Below are positions 21,308 through 46,583 of a stretch of 64,000 bases of DNA, in pieces. Under the pieces are notes generated by a model that saw only the letters and a list, made by a program, of their open reading frames with translations, did no database searches and was not told the origin of the DNA. Position 1 is the stretch's first letter, and every line of letters starts with the position of its first letter. This DNA comes from Azolla caroliniana. Taxonomy: Eukaryota; Plantae; Polypodiophyta. A program made the position numbers and the translations under genes. The stretch lies in contig JBHGNT010000115.1 in assembly GCA_043228905.1 (NCBI GenBank), positions 1-64,000 on the forward strand, written 5' to 3'.

Positions 21308-24018
21308 ATGGCTCTAACTTCTTCCTTCCGTTTCTTCGCCTTCTTCTCTATCCTGTGTTCGATCCTGATCCATCTTTCTCGTGCTTCTGCTTCTGCTTCT
21401 GCTGAATCCACCGAGGTAAGACCCTTTTTTGTTTCTTCGCTTGCTACAGTGTTTTAAACGAGATCGACCTATGTCTGCTATTATGAAGTTCTTTTTTTAA
21501 TGTAACCCTAGATCTGATGGCACAGGAAAAGGATCTGTTACATTTGATACTGCATATTAGACACGAATGTATATTGACAGTTCTCATTATGTCCAGAAGG
21601 TTTGTACGATGCCAGAAGTATATATAAACTTTTTAATCACGTGTAAATCCAATATGAATTCCTTATAAAATAGGTACCGCTGAAGGAGTTCCTTGCAAAA
21701 TAGGTACTGATTGTGCCAAATCATGTCAAAGTTTTTTGCCCATCGATTTGGAGAAAGATTGATCGTCACCATTGTTCTCAATAGAAAATTTATATGCGAG
21801 CTTCTGCTAACATAAATGTGCCACTCTAATGAAAGGTTTTGACCCTATGTAATGAATTGCTTAATATGAACATTCTTCTAAATAGTTACTGGCATCTTCA
21901 ATTCCAAGGATTTATCCTTTGAATCAAGAATGATTTAGCAATATTTTTCCTTTCACATGTATATTTTTGCAAATAGATGGCTTACCTTCAATTCTTAGAC
22001 TCACCACTGAAAGTAGTTTTTTAAATACCTTTGATTCTGAATTGTGAACTTTGCAGAAAGAGAAAGATATTTTCACATTCCTATGCTTTCTCATGATTTT
22101 TGGCATATTCTCATGCCCTGAGATTTTTTATAATGATATATATATATATATATATATATAAATACGAGATTTAAAGGAATGGGAGTGATCAAGGAGAGGG
22201 TAAGGGATCATAGATTCCCAATCCAGTGAAATCGATCGATATCACACTAGCTGCTACATAAAAACAGACATGCAGGTTAATTTTCTCGACTTCTGAGTGT
22301 CAAATGAGTAGCATATCCATAAGAAACAGCCTGGAGAAACTATATAGTGTTCAAACTATTGCATATGTCTGAAATGTCTGAAAAACTTCTTTTGCTATAT
22401 AAGTTCTAATTTTTGTTGTTTTTTCAGGTGACATTTGGGAGTACTATAAAGCTAATGCACGAGCGTACGAAATATAGGTTACATTCGCATGATGTGCCTT
22501 ACGGATCAGGAAGTGGCCAACAATCAGTTACAGGATTTGGAGGAGTGCAAGACGCCAATAGTTATTGGGTAAGAAGACCCCATTATCTATGTATGTTTGG
22601 CTGTATGTTTGATGACCTTGTGAGGTATTAAATGGGCTTTGTTGCTTTCCAATCCTTTAGAAAGCTTTTTGAACTATGTTTGTAAATTTGCACTGCCAAT
22701 TTGAATGTTAAAACAATAAACGTGCACATTGAATTATCAGAATTGTGAGTTTTGAAATACAATTTTGACATGTTCTTCAATAGATTGTCAAACCAGAAGA
22801 GGGCTCTTCAGCACAGCAAGGAGATGCAATTCCCAATGGATCCATCATCAGGATGCAACACACAAACACACGCAAATGGCTGCACAGTCATCTACACCAG
22901 TCTCCCATTTCTGGAAATTTTGAGGTTAGTTTCTTTTTTGGAATGTTACTTTCTTGTTTAGTGTTCTTAAACATGTACATAATGTTTGTCTTCTCATTTT
23001 TTTCAGGTGAGCTGTTTTGGGAGTGACGATCGAACTGATTCAGGAGATCTCTGGATGTAATTTATATGGCTCCTTGTCTACTCTTTGGATTTAACTGAAC
23101 TATTTACCTATGTTTTTGTGAACCAAATATATGTACAAACGTGGGTGACACTGCTGCTTGTTTACCTTGTCCTTAACTAAAAACCACTTCTTACCCATTA
23201 GCATTGTCTTGTGAACTGAATGTCTGTATATATGCAGATGAGCTGTTTTAGGAGTAATGATTGAATTGATTAGGAGATCTCTGGATGTAATATGCATGGT
23301 TCCGTGTCTACGTTTTGAATTTAACTGAAATTATTTACCTATGCCTTTGTGAACTACATATGTGCATGAAGGTAGATAATGCAGCTGCTTAGTCACCTTT
23401 TACTTGAGTAAAATCGTGTTTTATTGATTAGCATTGCCTTTGTGAAATGAATATGTATGTCTCTGTCGATGATGTGGGGTGTACCATATGTAGTTTGATG
23501 GTTAGTGTAATGCAAATCTATTCTGAGTATTGTCTAACTGTGCCTGTAAAGCAGATTGGAGATTGAAGGGAAGGGAAAAACCTGGATGAGAGATCAGAGA
23601 GTAAGATTTCGGCACATTGATACTGGTGTTTACCTCCACAGTCATGATAAAAAGTACCAAAGGATAGCTGGTGGTCAACAGGAGGTACAGTTTATACTGC
23701 TGCATGCTGAATGTTATGTCTTCTTTCTTCTCAGCAATTCTCACCATCAACCTTCAACTCATTTTTAAAGTGAAGCTAAAGGAAAGCTTTATATTGTCAT
23801 AGCCAACATGTTTATGCATACTCTATGTACTGTGTCATCTGCATGTTATTGATCTAAGGTGAAGCTGACTGAAAACTTTAAGTTTCATAGGAAACATGTT
23901 TATGCATACTTCATATTGTCATCTGCAGGTGTGTGGAGTCACAAAGAAGTCAGCTGATAACATCTGGATTGCCGCTGAAGGAATTTATTTGCCAGCAAAC
24001 AAGAATATGGTGGCATAA
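21308..24018 (+). CDS. SDF2: Stromal cell-derived factor 2-like ER protein (MIR domains), 219 aa; exons 21308-21415, 22428-22568, 22784-22924, 23007-23056, 23555-23684, 23929-24018
   Basis: Signal peptide MALTSSFRFFAFFSILCSILIHLSRASA; conserved VTFGSTIKLMHERTKYRLHSHDVPYGSGSGQQSVTGF, WLHSHLHQSPISGNFEVSCFG and YLHSHDKKYQRIAGGQQEVCG; GT-AG introns keep the frame (660 nt). Confidence 0.95.
23238..23286 (+). pseudogene. Duplicated, inactivated copy of SDF2 exon 4 (pseudoexon)
   Basis: Part of a ~230-bp tandem duplication (23007-~23230 to 23238-~23460); keeps CAG/GT borders but is 49 nt rather than 50 nt and has stop codons. Confidence 0.85.
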
Positions 24019-24429
24019 CCATAGAAGAATTGTTTTCCTTGGGATCTTCTAAGTTAGAATCCCCAGTAAAGTATTTGTCAATTAGAAGGAGATTTAGTTA
24101 GTTTTGGGTGTTAATGAGTGTTTGATAATCATACACCATGTATGTGATGATTGTTTCTGGGGACATTAAACTCATTGTGATTCATGGAAAAAATCAAGTA
24201 GATTTTCCAACTGTGTTTTTGCCTTGAATCATTTGTGGATAGGACATAAACCAAGTCTTGTCTGTCATCAGGAACAAAGCTTGGTCCTAGCAGTAGCGGC
24301 CTTCAGTTGAGCTTAAAAACTGACTGACCAAGAGTTTTGTTACATCTGTCAGGGAGAGCCACCTTAAGGTAAAAATTGCCCAGTGATCTTCAAGAACTTA
24401 TGTACTTGCCAATTGTAGTACATTATGGT

Positions 24430-24960
24430 GGGCCATAGATTGATACCTATACCATCTCTCTCCCATCACATCAAGAGTATGATAATCCACCAACTTTGTG
24501 TAATGGTGTAACATCAGAATCTCTTGGGATGATCCATCTATGTCATATCTCTTACAAATGTAGTACGTGAAGGAGGCTATAGATGGATACCTATGTCATA
24601 GCTCTCTATCAAGTCAAGAGTACAGAACTGTGTATGTTATGTAAAGATCTCTCGGGAATATCTCTGTGTCCTCTCCTATTACTTCAAGAGTGTGATGAAC
24701 AACCATGTATGTCACATACGTTATCTCTTGGGATAATCCATCTACGTGGTGTATCTCTTACAAATGTAGTACATTAAGGAGGCTCTTGATGGATACCTAT
24801 GTCATAGAACTCCATCAAGTCGAGAGTACGATGATCAATGAACATTGTATGCTATGTAAAGATCTGTTGGGAAGACCTATCTTTGCCATCTCTTCTATCA
24901 CTTCAAGAGTGTGATTATCAATCAACTATGCATGTCTCATAATGTAAGATCTTTTGGGAG
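24430..24960 (+). repeat. Degenerate ~205-bp tandem repeat (about 2.5 units)
   Basis: TCTTGGGAT.ATCCATCTA...TATCTCTTACAAATGTAGTAC...GATGGATACCTATGTCATAG at ~24522 and ~24727. Confidence 0.8.
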
Positions 24961-25812
24961 TGCATGGTAATAGACATTCTTTGCTAGTTGTGAGAATGTG
25001 TGGAAGAGAAGAAACTTGGCTAAATACAAACAACAATATTTGTAGAGTCACATGAGTCCAAGTCCTATATAGCCATTGTGTTACAGAACTCGAATAGTGT
25101 CCCTAGATTTCACTTTATAGTTATTGACTAGTTGAGGCTCATATCAACTAAGAATGCTTGAATCATCTTTTCATTATGGATCACAAAGTATACAACAATA
25201 ACATGTTTATAGCCACTTAGAGGTTACTAGTAAACATCTTTTACCTTTATAAGTTAATACAAAAATATGTATAATAGAGATTTGTCCTTTTCACAAGTTA
25301 CACTATTACATAGAGATGACAAACAGTGCATGCTACAATTAGAATTCTTTAACCTAGAAAAGTGTATGCAATATTACCTTGGGAGTTACATGATCATCTT
25401 GACACAAAAACATTTATTACTTGAATTTCGTCACCCGGTTTCATGGCTAACAATTAGTTTCTTCACATTAGAGATCATTGCTAAGATTAGGTAGATGTGT
25501 ACTCTTTTGTGGGCAAGGCAGGCAAAGAGTGGGTGTCAATCTACCGTCAAGCGTAGTAATAAACTTCTTAGTTTCTATTAGTGAACTCTTATTCTTAACA
25601 TCTAATGAAAACACTTAATATGGTAATATGTTAATAGACTTTTCATAAATGTTAATTCGTCTTAAAACTAAGACTATGAATACATTAAGAAAATACAAAA
25701 GAGATATTACCATGAGGAATGTAACCATGTTTTTACATTCCTCAAACATAAAAAAACACACTTCAACAATCTTGAAGAGATTACGATTGGGAACGCGGAG
25801 AGATTATAGAAT

Positions 25813-25849
<37 letters not shown>

Positions 25850-26180
25850 AGTATTAACATCTTCTAAGACCAAAATTTCCCCATGAGAGCACTGGTTTAC
25901 AAAAAAATGAGATGTGTACTCAAGTCATCAAAAATAAAAATAAAAAAAAACTTAGATAAAAGAGTTTTAGTATTGTACAAAAGGTGTTATGATGTAACAT
26001 GTTCTATAAAGGAAATGGCTATGTGCTAGCACTAGATTCATTTCCATCCAAGTCTCTTGAAAATGAACGGGAGTTCAAAGGATTTCGATGTGGGTGTGGC
26101 CTATGGTTCCAATGTAAAAGGTACCCCGACCATAGCTTCTAGACAGTGTAACTCACATTCCCTTATCGTCTTAATTGCTT

Positions 26181-27740
26181 CTACACAATGAGTGACTTTG
26201 AGGCCTGACATCCGAGGGTGTGTGGTTGTTTATGGTTTTTTGCTTCAACCAGGGAGAGGCCAAGTGGTGCAGGTGTGTCCATGCTCATCATCCCCTCTTG
26301 TCCTTGAAAAATTTCAATGGTTAAGTGATGGTAAATATTAGAAAGGTTATGGTTAACATTTTGTAGCTTATTCTCTCTATGTTGTTTTAGCTCTAAGATA
26401 TATCTACCTAGTTTCTTTATATATAGGGTATCTAATAGCTTGGAGAGTGTGTCTTGGTATTTTACCCTTATCTCGACGTAAGTTGGACACTTGCATGTAA
26501 AGTGATACTCATCTTCTATCTCTATGTGACACAATCTACATATCATTTACTCTCTAGGAACTCCATTAGCACGACCATTCTCAACCTCAAGTTGGTGAGA
26601 TGATACTCTAAGTTATCCATTGGCAACCCTTAATGCATTTGGTAAGAACGTACCTGGATATTTTGGTTGTATAATAAAAACTAACTTAGAGAAGTGCATG
26701 AAGTGTTCCTTATAGTACATACACCATTTTAGATGAGAGTGATTCTAGTGGGTTCATTCATTTATGTCGAGGGTAAATTTACCATATTTCTTGGTGTATT
26801 ACTTTATTACGGTCCTCATAAGCGATTAAAGTTTTATCCATCTAGTGGTTGTACCTAAGAGGAGACATGTTATTAATGTCTCAGTCGTTTGCAATAACCC
26901 AACTTACCACAGTGTTATACCAAGAGCTAGTATCGCCAAACTCATAAAGTGATCAAGATGCCCCAAAAGCTTGCCGAGATATCCTATGTTGTGATTGGCT
27001 ATGTATCCTATTAATTAAAACTATAAGTTGGAAAAGTGCTTCTACCAGCATTGGCGGTAAATTGAACTTTGCTCTATGATGTCATGTTGCACTATGGATT
27101 TGCTTCGAAGTTAACGTGATAACATCATCACCAATGGTCTCTCTAATTGTGCCCACATGAAAGGTGGTAGCCTTGGGACATTAAGGTACCTTTGTTGGTC
27201 CTGTTGAGACTCAAAGAGTAAAATTATGCTATGAATAGAGCAAGAGATTAACTTGTGTACCCCTTAGGACTACTCGGTTGTTCCCTTACGAGTCATAAAA
27301 TCAATGATCTCATCAATATACATCCCAAAAGGAGTCTGTGATAGGAGACAACCTTGTTTTGCACCAATGGTGTTAGTGAAGCGATTGGATAGGCCACCCG
27401 AACATCGTACACACCTAGAGAGTTGCTCATATAAAGCATAGATAGCCCAAATCATGTAATCATGTCATCTAATATCTCCAAGCTTTAAAGCCTATCAAGC
27501 AACCACTCTCTAGGGACTGTGTCAAAGGCGTTGCGGAAGTCCACAAAACAACAATGTAATTTCTTCTTGCAAACCTTGGGTTGGTAAATTAAGCATCTAC
27601 GTGTGAAGATATGGTCAATAGTAGAGAAGGCTCATCTAAGCTAGCATTTCCAGGTGCTCGAAGACTTAATGGCTCCATATAATCGTTGAACTCTACTTAC
27701 ATTACTACACCATATAATTTAGCGAGCATATGACAAATCA
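26181..27740 (-). mobile_element. Decayed non-LTR retrotransposon (LINE) ORF2 fragment: RT plus C-terminal CCHC
   Basis: Minus-strand remnants FVDFRNAFDTVPREWL, TIGAKQGCLLSQTPFGMYID, SSHQLEVENGR and CRLCHIEIEDEYHFTCKCPTY, with frameshifts and stops. Confidence 0.85.
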
Positions 27741-29450
27741 TAGATTGACATATTCGCATTCGTGGGGGTTCCCAAATGCATGAAAAGCATTCGGTAAAAA
27801 AAAAGAGAATTCATAAACTCACTCCTTTTTAGTTTCCTAATATAAAAAAAGGGAACTTCACAATAAAAAAGGGACTTCACACTAATAAAATTTTAAAATA
27901 AATGTAAAAATATTCGTTTTATTTTTAATAGATAAATAAAATAAAATAAAGGTTCATCAATTCCTCACTTTTTATTCTCCCATAATTTATGGATATTTTT
28001 ATCTTACATTAAAAATGGGACTTCACACTAATCATATTTCTATAATAAATATAAAATATTACTTTTTTTAAAATAATAAATAAATAAACTAAAGGTTCAT
28101 AAATTCCCCCCTTTTCTATTGGACACTGTAAAGGAGATTTAATACTAATCATATTTTTATAACTTTTTAATGAATGACTGTTCTTGTTTTAGTGAATTAA
28201 TTTTTTTTATATTTGTTTTGCAAAACGAATGGTTCTATAGTATTCTTGGGGCCATCTCATATTCTCAAATATTGGGAATATCACACATGGAGAATATTAC
28301 AAATATCATTTATGGGACCAATCATAATGGTACCATATGTATTTGGGTCAATAGTGTCCCCTCTATCATCTATGTATGAGTGCCACTGTGGTGGAAAACC
28401 CTTGACGAGGACACGGTTGAAGAGTAGAGTGAGAAAAGGAGCTAGGCACGCTATATGAGAAAAGCATATATGATGTGTTCAACCCGCAATCCTATGTCAC
28501 CTTCATAACCCTAGAGGTCATAAAAAGTGTTCATTCACATCGTGGGTCATGTCAAGTGTTCTCTAGAGTTCTTTTTGAGTCTTAAAGCTACACATATCAC
28601 CCTTGAGCTTTGGTGCTGATCAAAGTCCTACTATAACTTCAAAGCGTAACAATACTTACATGCACGAACAGATCAGTGTTAGATGCTAGATCCTTGTCTT
28701 CACAATATGTACCTTCATAGTAATAAATAAAAGTGACATATCTCTGAATGGATAAGGCATTATACAAGCAGCACCACGTGCTCAATTAAATGCTAAGTAT
28801 CATCTGATATATCTGTACTTTAGTAATAGCTCAGCCAACCAAGACATAGTAACAAGAATGAACATGGTACAATCACAATAACACTGAATACAATCCAGAA
28901 CCTCTTTTAACCAATAGGAACCAAAACGTTCAAGCAATGAAAAAAGGATACTGCAATTACTGATTATACACGCAGCAGCAAAATAATAGGTCACCAAAAT
29001 GTTCAAACAATGAAAAAACAAAGATAACTCTTACCACATTATATATGCACATACAGTGCACCAATAAAATTGTCCTACACAATTTTGCAAGAAAATGACA
29101 GTACATAAAAATCCATATTTTCAACTAACATTCCTTGCATTCACATCATTTTTCCTTCCGATTTTACTGATCTAGTGTACGGTAGACAACTCTGAATTTA
29201 TGCACTGAATGCATCTGAATAGCCTTTGCTTTCTACACTGCAGTGTGCAACCACATGCTATGGATTCCAAAAGTTGATTATGAGAAAACAAAATGCTAAA
29301 ATCTCTATTTCCAACATACGACACATTGATCAATACAAGCATTTCCCTCTCCTCTGCTGGATCCATGATAGACTTGTGGTTATCGTGATTTCCATGATAA
29401 ATTCTTTGTGCACTGCAGTCTCTTCTAAAACCTCTGATCTTGCTAATGTC

Positions 29451-41574
<12,124 letters not shown>

Positions 41575-41791
41575 GGCGATGGCGAGGTCGAAGGGGTCTT
41601 CTCTGTCTCACAAACACTTATTATGGCGATGGAACTCAAAAAAGTTCTACTCTGCCTGTGTTTCTTATCTCTCTCTGCCTCTCCTCCCCTCTCCTCTCCT
41701 CTCGAAGTGGACCCTAAAGCAACTGATAATAACTAAAATATCTGGTATGTTCTCACGCCCTCTCCACTAGTTCGACCTCAGGTTTCATTGA

Positions 41792-41856
41792 TTAGGGTTA
41801 GGGTAGGGGCACCCTCATGGGTAAGGTTATCAGGTTGGGATTAGGGTTAGGGTTTA
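41792..41856 (-). promoter_or_regulatory. Telo-box-like motifs upstream of the DEAD-box helicase
   Basis: TTAGGGTTAGGG twice, including AAACCCTA on the minus strand, ~220-280 bp upstream of the ATG. Confidence 0.45.
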
Positions 41857-42303
41857 AGCCACCTAGCCAGCCATTCCCTAGGCCTTCGGACCACACCTCG
41901 AACCCGGGACATGAAACATTCGTAGCCCGTAGCCATCCGCTAATGCTTATCGCGTGCACCGACCTCACTTGGATATCGGTTACTTCTCCCAATTGAACAC
42001 GCCAAACCCCTCCTCGTTCCACACACTTGTATATCGGCTACTTGAGCACCTGCTTGATCTTAAGATGATAGATGAGTCGCACATGGCCTCGCCTTATGGA
42101 TCAGTAGATGAGACTCAATGGAACGCTCTTTTTGGGTTTCATGGCCATGTTTATGATCATTACTTTATATTATGGTGGTTGGCTTGGTGGTTTACACTAG
42201 AGCATCAAACTCATAACTTTGGGAGAACCTAAGTAAATTCAATCCTTGTTGTGGGCTAGGCCCTACCTCAAAGATTGCAATCCATCTCTCGTGGATAGAT
42301 GTT

Positions 42304-42306
<3 letters not shown>

Positions 42307-42368
<62 letters not shown>

Positions 42369-42430
42369 CAGATATATGTGTGTGTGTGTGGGTGTGTGTG
42401 TGTGTGTATGTATATATATACATACATGTG
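42307..42430. repeat. Compound microsatellite (CT)n(TA)n(TG)n
   Basis: Direct reading. Confidence 0.9.
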
Positions 42431-43594
42431 TATGTGCCCCATTTTATTGCTAATTTGTGGATTTTAAGAAAACTCTTCATTGAGTTCCAATACACAAATT
42501 ATGTATGGGAGAGAATGTTAAGTTTTTTGGGGTCTCAACTATGTACACACATGGACAAAAAAATATGTGAAAATGATTGATGGAGTTCCAATACACAAAT
42601 GGGAGAGAATGTTAAATATTAGGGCCTCAACAACACATGTACATGCACAAGAATATTGTTATGTCAACTAAAGAGATCTCAAGGTTTCTTGATACATCTA
42701 TTCGTTATATTGGGGTCAATGAAATGATATTAACAAAACAGTTGACCCTATACTATTTGGAAGAAATTGTCACGGCATGGACAACAATGGCATTAAAGAA
42801 TCTCAAATCAATGTACTTAGTGTATCATTGATACTATATTTGACGAGATACGCACACCAAATGCATATATACATAATTGTGCTAGTACTTGACATGAACC
42901 AAGTCTTTTCCACACAGAGTGAGTTATTGGTGCATTGAACGAAAATACGTGTACATGTAGCAACGTTGCACAATGGAAATTAAAACATTGAACTTGCACA
43001 CACTTTTAAGCATTTGGGTATTCATACAATGATGAATCTAAGTGCAAATGATGTTTGATACAAGGAATAAGTGTATGGCACAAACAATGTTCTCAAAGGG
43101 AGAATATTTGTGTGCATGATAATATTCGTACTTGGAGACTCAATGTGAATAAAGTTCAAATTTATATGGACATGTATGGGAGGAGAGAGTTGACAAAGGG
43201 TTATTGTTTTGAAATCTACGTATGTATATGTTATCCTTACAAGAGACATTAGCAAATAAGTATCATACGTTACATTCTTACAATCTACGAAATAGATACC
43301 TAAAAAAAGAACATTAAACCTACATATGTATATGTTATCCTTGTGTAATGCACAAAATCACCACATGTGAAGGCTTGCCTATTCAAGTACATAAATTCAA
43401 TGAGCACAACGGATTAAAGTAAGAGTCTCATTGCTTTAATAATAAGATTTAGAGTTCTATAACCCAATCCTCATTCTCTATCATGCAAGAGTCCACGTGA
43501 TCATGAGCTTTGATCATCCAAAGTAAAATATAAAATGCAAGAAGAATTATTAAACTCTCGCGTCCTTTTTCCACCAATATATAATCGATAACTT

Positions 43595-44986
43595 CTAACG
43601 AATGTTATTAGTGATATCACCCAAAGGTTGATAAAGTTGAGGGAAATCAACGAGGGGTGCCATGATCGAAGAGTTTGAGCCCGTGACGTTGAAAGGAGAT
43701 TTCAAGGACAACTTGTTTCCAGTCGAGTGAGTAGGATTATTAGGAGGAGGCTGACGAATGGATCGGCTTAGGTGGTGATTCATGTTCGATGCATGACTCA
43801 TTACATTACTCTTAAGGCCAAGGCCAAGAGTGCTTGAGCTCTGTAGGGGATTGAGCTGGGTAACGACAACGTCTTGGCACTCGAGGTGCGCCTTCTTGTG
43901 AGCCGCGAGGTTGCATTTGAACGCAAACTTCATCCCGCATTTGCATTTGATGGGCTCCCCGCACAGCTTCTCGTGGTCCCTAAGGTCGACTTCGATGTAG
44001 AACTTCTTGCCACACTTACGACAGGCATGGCTCTTCTCGCCATCGCTGTGCTTCCGGCCGAAGTGGCGCCTGAGTTCGTACAGGCCGACGAATGTCTTGC
44101 GGCAGAGTGGGCACCTGGACGGGATTTTCTTGTTATGGCCGGGTCCCTTGGCCGTGGGGTTACTATTGGTAGGGTCCAAGGACGGGGTTTTCCGCTGGAG
44201 CTTACAGACATCGGTCCCAGGGTAATGTGTCTTAAAGTGCATTTTCATGGTCTGAGGGTTTTTGAAGGTTTTATTGCAGCCTTCATAGCTGCATGTGAAC
44301 GGCCTCCTGTTCTTGATGAGGTCCAGAGACACCACTGTCGCCACTGTCGGATCGTCATCTTCATCGCACACAGCCGCCAATTTAGCAGAACCCGCCGAAT
44401 GATTATTGGCTTGTTCTCCCATGATTGGCTTGTTCTCTGGATTCGCGGCCTTCTTTTTCTCCCCCAGATCTGCTCTAATCTTGTCCTGATTAGGCCTCGC
44501 CTCTTCCTGTTCTGCCTTCATCTCTCCCCGATCTGCCCTGGTCTCTCCCTGATTTGGCTTGATGACTTGACCAGACGGTTGTTTCACCGGGGACAGGATC
44601 GATTTTAGCGTCGCTACTAAATTTGGGTGCATTCTGGGAGGGCTTAGATGATGGTCACGGGGGAAGGGAGTGTCACGGTAATTCCTGCTATAACCGTCGC
44701 TAAAAGCCATCAATTCTTGGCTTAGATCTGCAGAATCGCGAAGAAGAAACGATGAAGAATGAGAAGACGATGGATGGGGCGGTGGAGGAGGGGCAAGGAT
44801 TGAGTAGAAATTGAGCCAATCTGGAGACTCGTCGATGATGAAATCGCCGCCGAAATTAGCGGACAAACCAGCATCGATGTCTGAATCGTTAAAGATAGCA
44901 TCAGAGTTCGCTACGCTAGAGCTGAAGGGGCTGAAAGGGAAAATGATGGAACCAGCGGAATTAGATGAGCTTGGATATTCATCCAT
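43595..44986 (-). CDS. Intronless C2H2 zinc-finger transcription factor (four fingers, WIP/STOP1/IDD-like architecture), ~463 aa
   Basis: FTCSYEGCNKTFKNPQTMKMHFKTH, CPLCRKTF...HFGRKH, CRKCGKKFYIEVDLRDHEKLC and CKCGMKFAFKCNLAAHKKAH; start placed at the MDEYP ATG (the ORF track extends to 45013). Confidence 0.92.
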   Translation of the reverse strand: MDEYPSSSNSAGSIIFPFSPFSSSVANSDAIFNDSDIDAGLSANFGGDFIIDESPDWLNFYSILAPPPPPHPSSSHSSSFLLRDSADLSQELMAFSDGYSRNYRDTPFPRDHHLSPPRMHPNLVATLKSILSPVKQPSGQVIKPNQGETRADRGEMKAEQEEARPNQDKIRADLGEKKKAANPENKPIMGEQANNHSAGSAKLAAVCDEDDDPTVATVVSLDLIKNRRPFTCSYEGCNKTFKNPQTMKMHFKTHYPGTDVCKLQRKTPSLDPTNSNPTAKGPGHNKKIPSRCPLCRKTFVGLYELRRHFGRKHSDGEKSHACRKCGKKFYIEVDLRDHEKLCGEPIKCKCGMKFAFKCNLAAHKKAHLECQDVVVTQLNPLQSSSTLGLGLKSNVMSHASNMNHHLSRSIRQPPPNNPTHSTGNKLSLKSPFNVTGSNSSIMAPLVDFPQLYQPLGDITNNIR

Positions 44987-46583
44987 AATATGTATATATA
45001 TATACAGACACAATCAATCAATTAATCTGAATTATATATAGATTAGATAGATTATGGATTGGATCAATCTAAATGATTAGAACTCTAATCAGGTGTCATA
45101 GAGGGAGTTTTCTGAATTATTAATGAATTCAGGATCAAGAAACTGTCTACTCTCCTGCTCTCTCTCATCGATCGTGGAGGAACGTAGAGAAAGAAAAAGG
45201 ATGTTATAATGACAGAATGAATGAATGAATGAATGGAAGAGATATGGGTTGATTAGGAGCCATTGAAAGCGCCTTATGTTTTGTACAGAGTTTGGTCTCA
45301 TGTCTCATTCATTACACAACAAGTTTGGCCCATGATTTTAGCCCTAATCAAGTACCGCCTAACAATATGTATGAGCACAATCATCTCCACCTTACTACAC
45401 ATACGCACATGTATAATGCCAATGTAGAAATCACATAAAAAATGCTAAGGCTCTAGACTCCAATATACTTTTACTAGAGTCTAGGATTTCACCTTGTAGT
45501 AACACCCCCATGTACACTGCCCGACTACCCACTCCACATTAGCGTGTCATTTTGGACGAACAAACCCCAATTGGTTGCATGCCACATTCGTCTTGTTTTT
45601 CCACCCCAAATTCTTGGCATGCAATGCACCATCCTTACTCCAGGATTCCAAGGGCCCTGTCTAACTAGACTTGTGGCTCGACCCCCCCCCCTCATTAGAC
45701 CTTTGTCTTCTAGAGCAATTTTTTAACATCTTGTAGAGGGTTTTCCTACTTCCCGTTTAGTTGCTTGATCAATATCAATGACGTGATAATGATGAAGTGT
45801 GTCTCGTGGAATACTAAATGTACATGGATTCATTGTGGTCGAATGCACTTGATAATTAGAGGGCTGGTCAAAGTGTGACTCGTCTTATGCTTAAAGGGTG
45901 AGGTATTGTCCACTAGTAGATCAAGCTCACACCCCACATCTTGAAGATATAGGTTGATAGAATAGAAATTATCGTCACACAATTGCTATTAACTTGGAAA
46001 CTTTGATTGAACTACCTTTGGTAGGCATTATCTTTTATTGTGTGAAGATATGATTATTATTGTTGTTTTCGAGTAGAATCCTTTTAAAGCTTTAGTGGTT
46101 GGATGCTCATTGCTAATGAATGGATAAACACATTTCACACATATATGTATCAAATAAAAAAAGTAAAGGTATATGGATGTTAGAACTAGACAATTCAACT
46201 CTTTTTTGACAATATAATATAGAATTGTTAGCACTTGCGTGGTCTAGACCCCAAATGATTGCTTTTAATTAGGATAAGAGGGGGAGGGGTGCATTACATG
46301 TCATTATTCCCAATGTCATGGCCTCCTAACTTGTTTGTTCTTCTTTCATGATGAAAAATAAGTTTAATGCCATGATAATTGCTTCATATAATGAACTTGT
46401 CTGTGTTCAAATGAGAAATAGAGTAAATAATAATAATTACAAGAGTTATACCTGGTTTGTCTCTTAAGGATTGTAATTGTTATGCTTATTTTAGTTTTGA
46501 TAAGCTACTAGATTGAAAACATCATGATATATGACCATTGACTACAATAGTTATTACCTTCCTCAAATGTTTAATGAAACATA

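Noticed and set aside
41792-41856. Interstitial telomere or TTAGGG-type telomere evidence
   Set aside because: Only two dimers; better explained as promoter telo-box motifs.
43874-44608. 244-aa plus-strand ORF
   Set aside because: Antisense shadow of the GC-rich zinc-finger gene.
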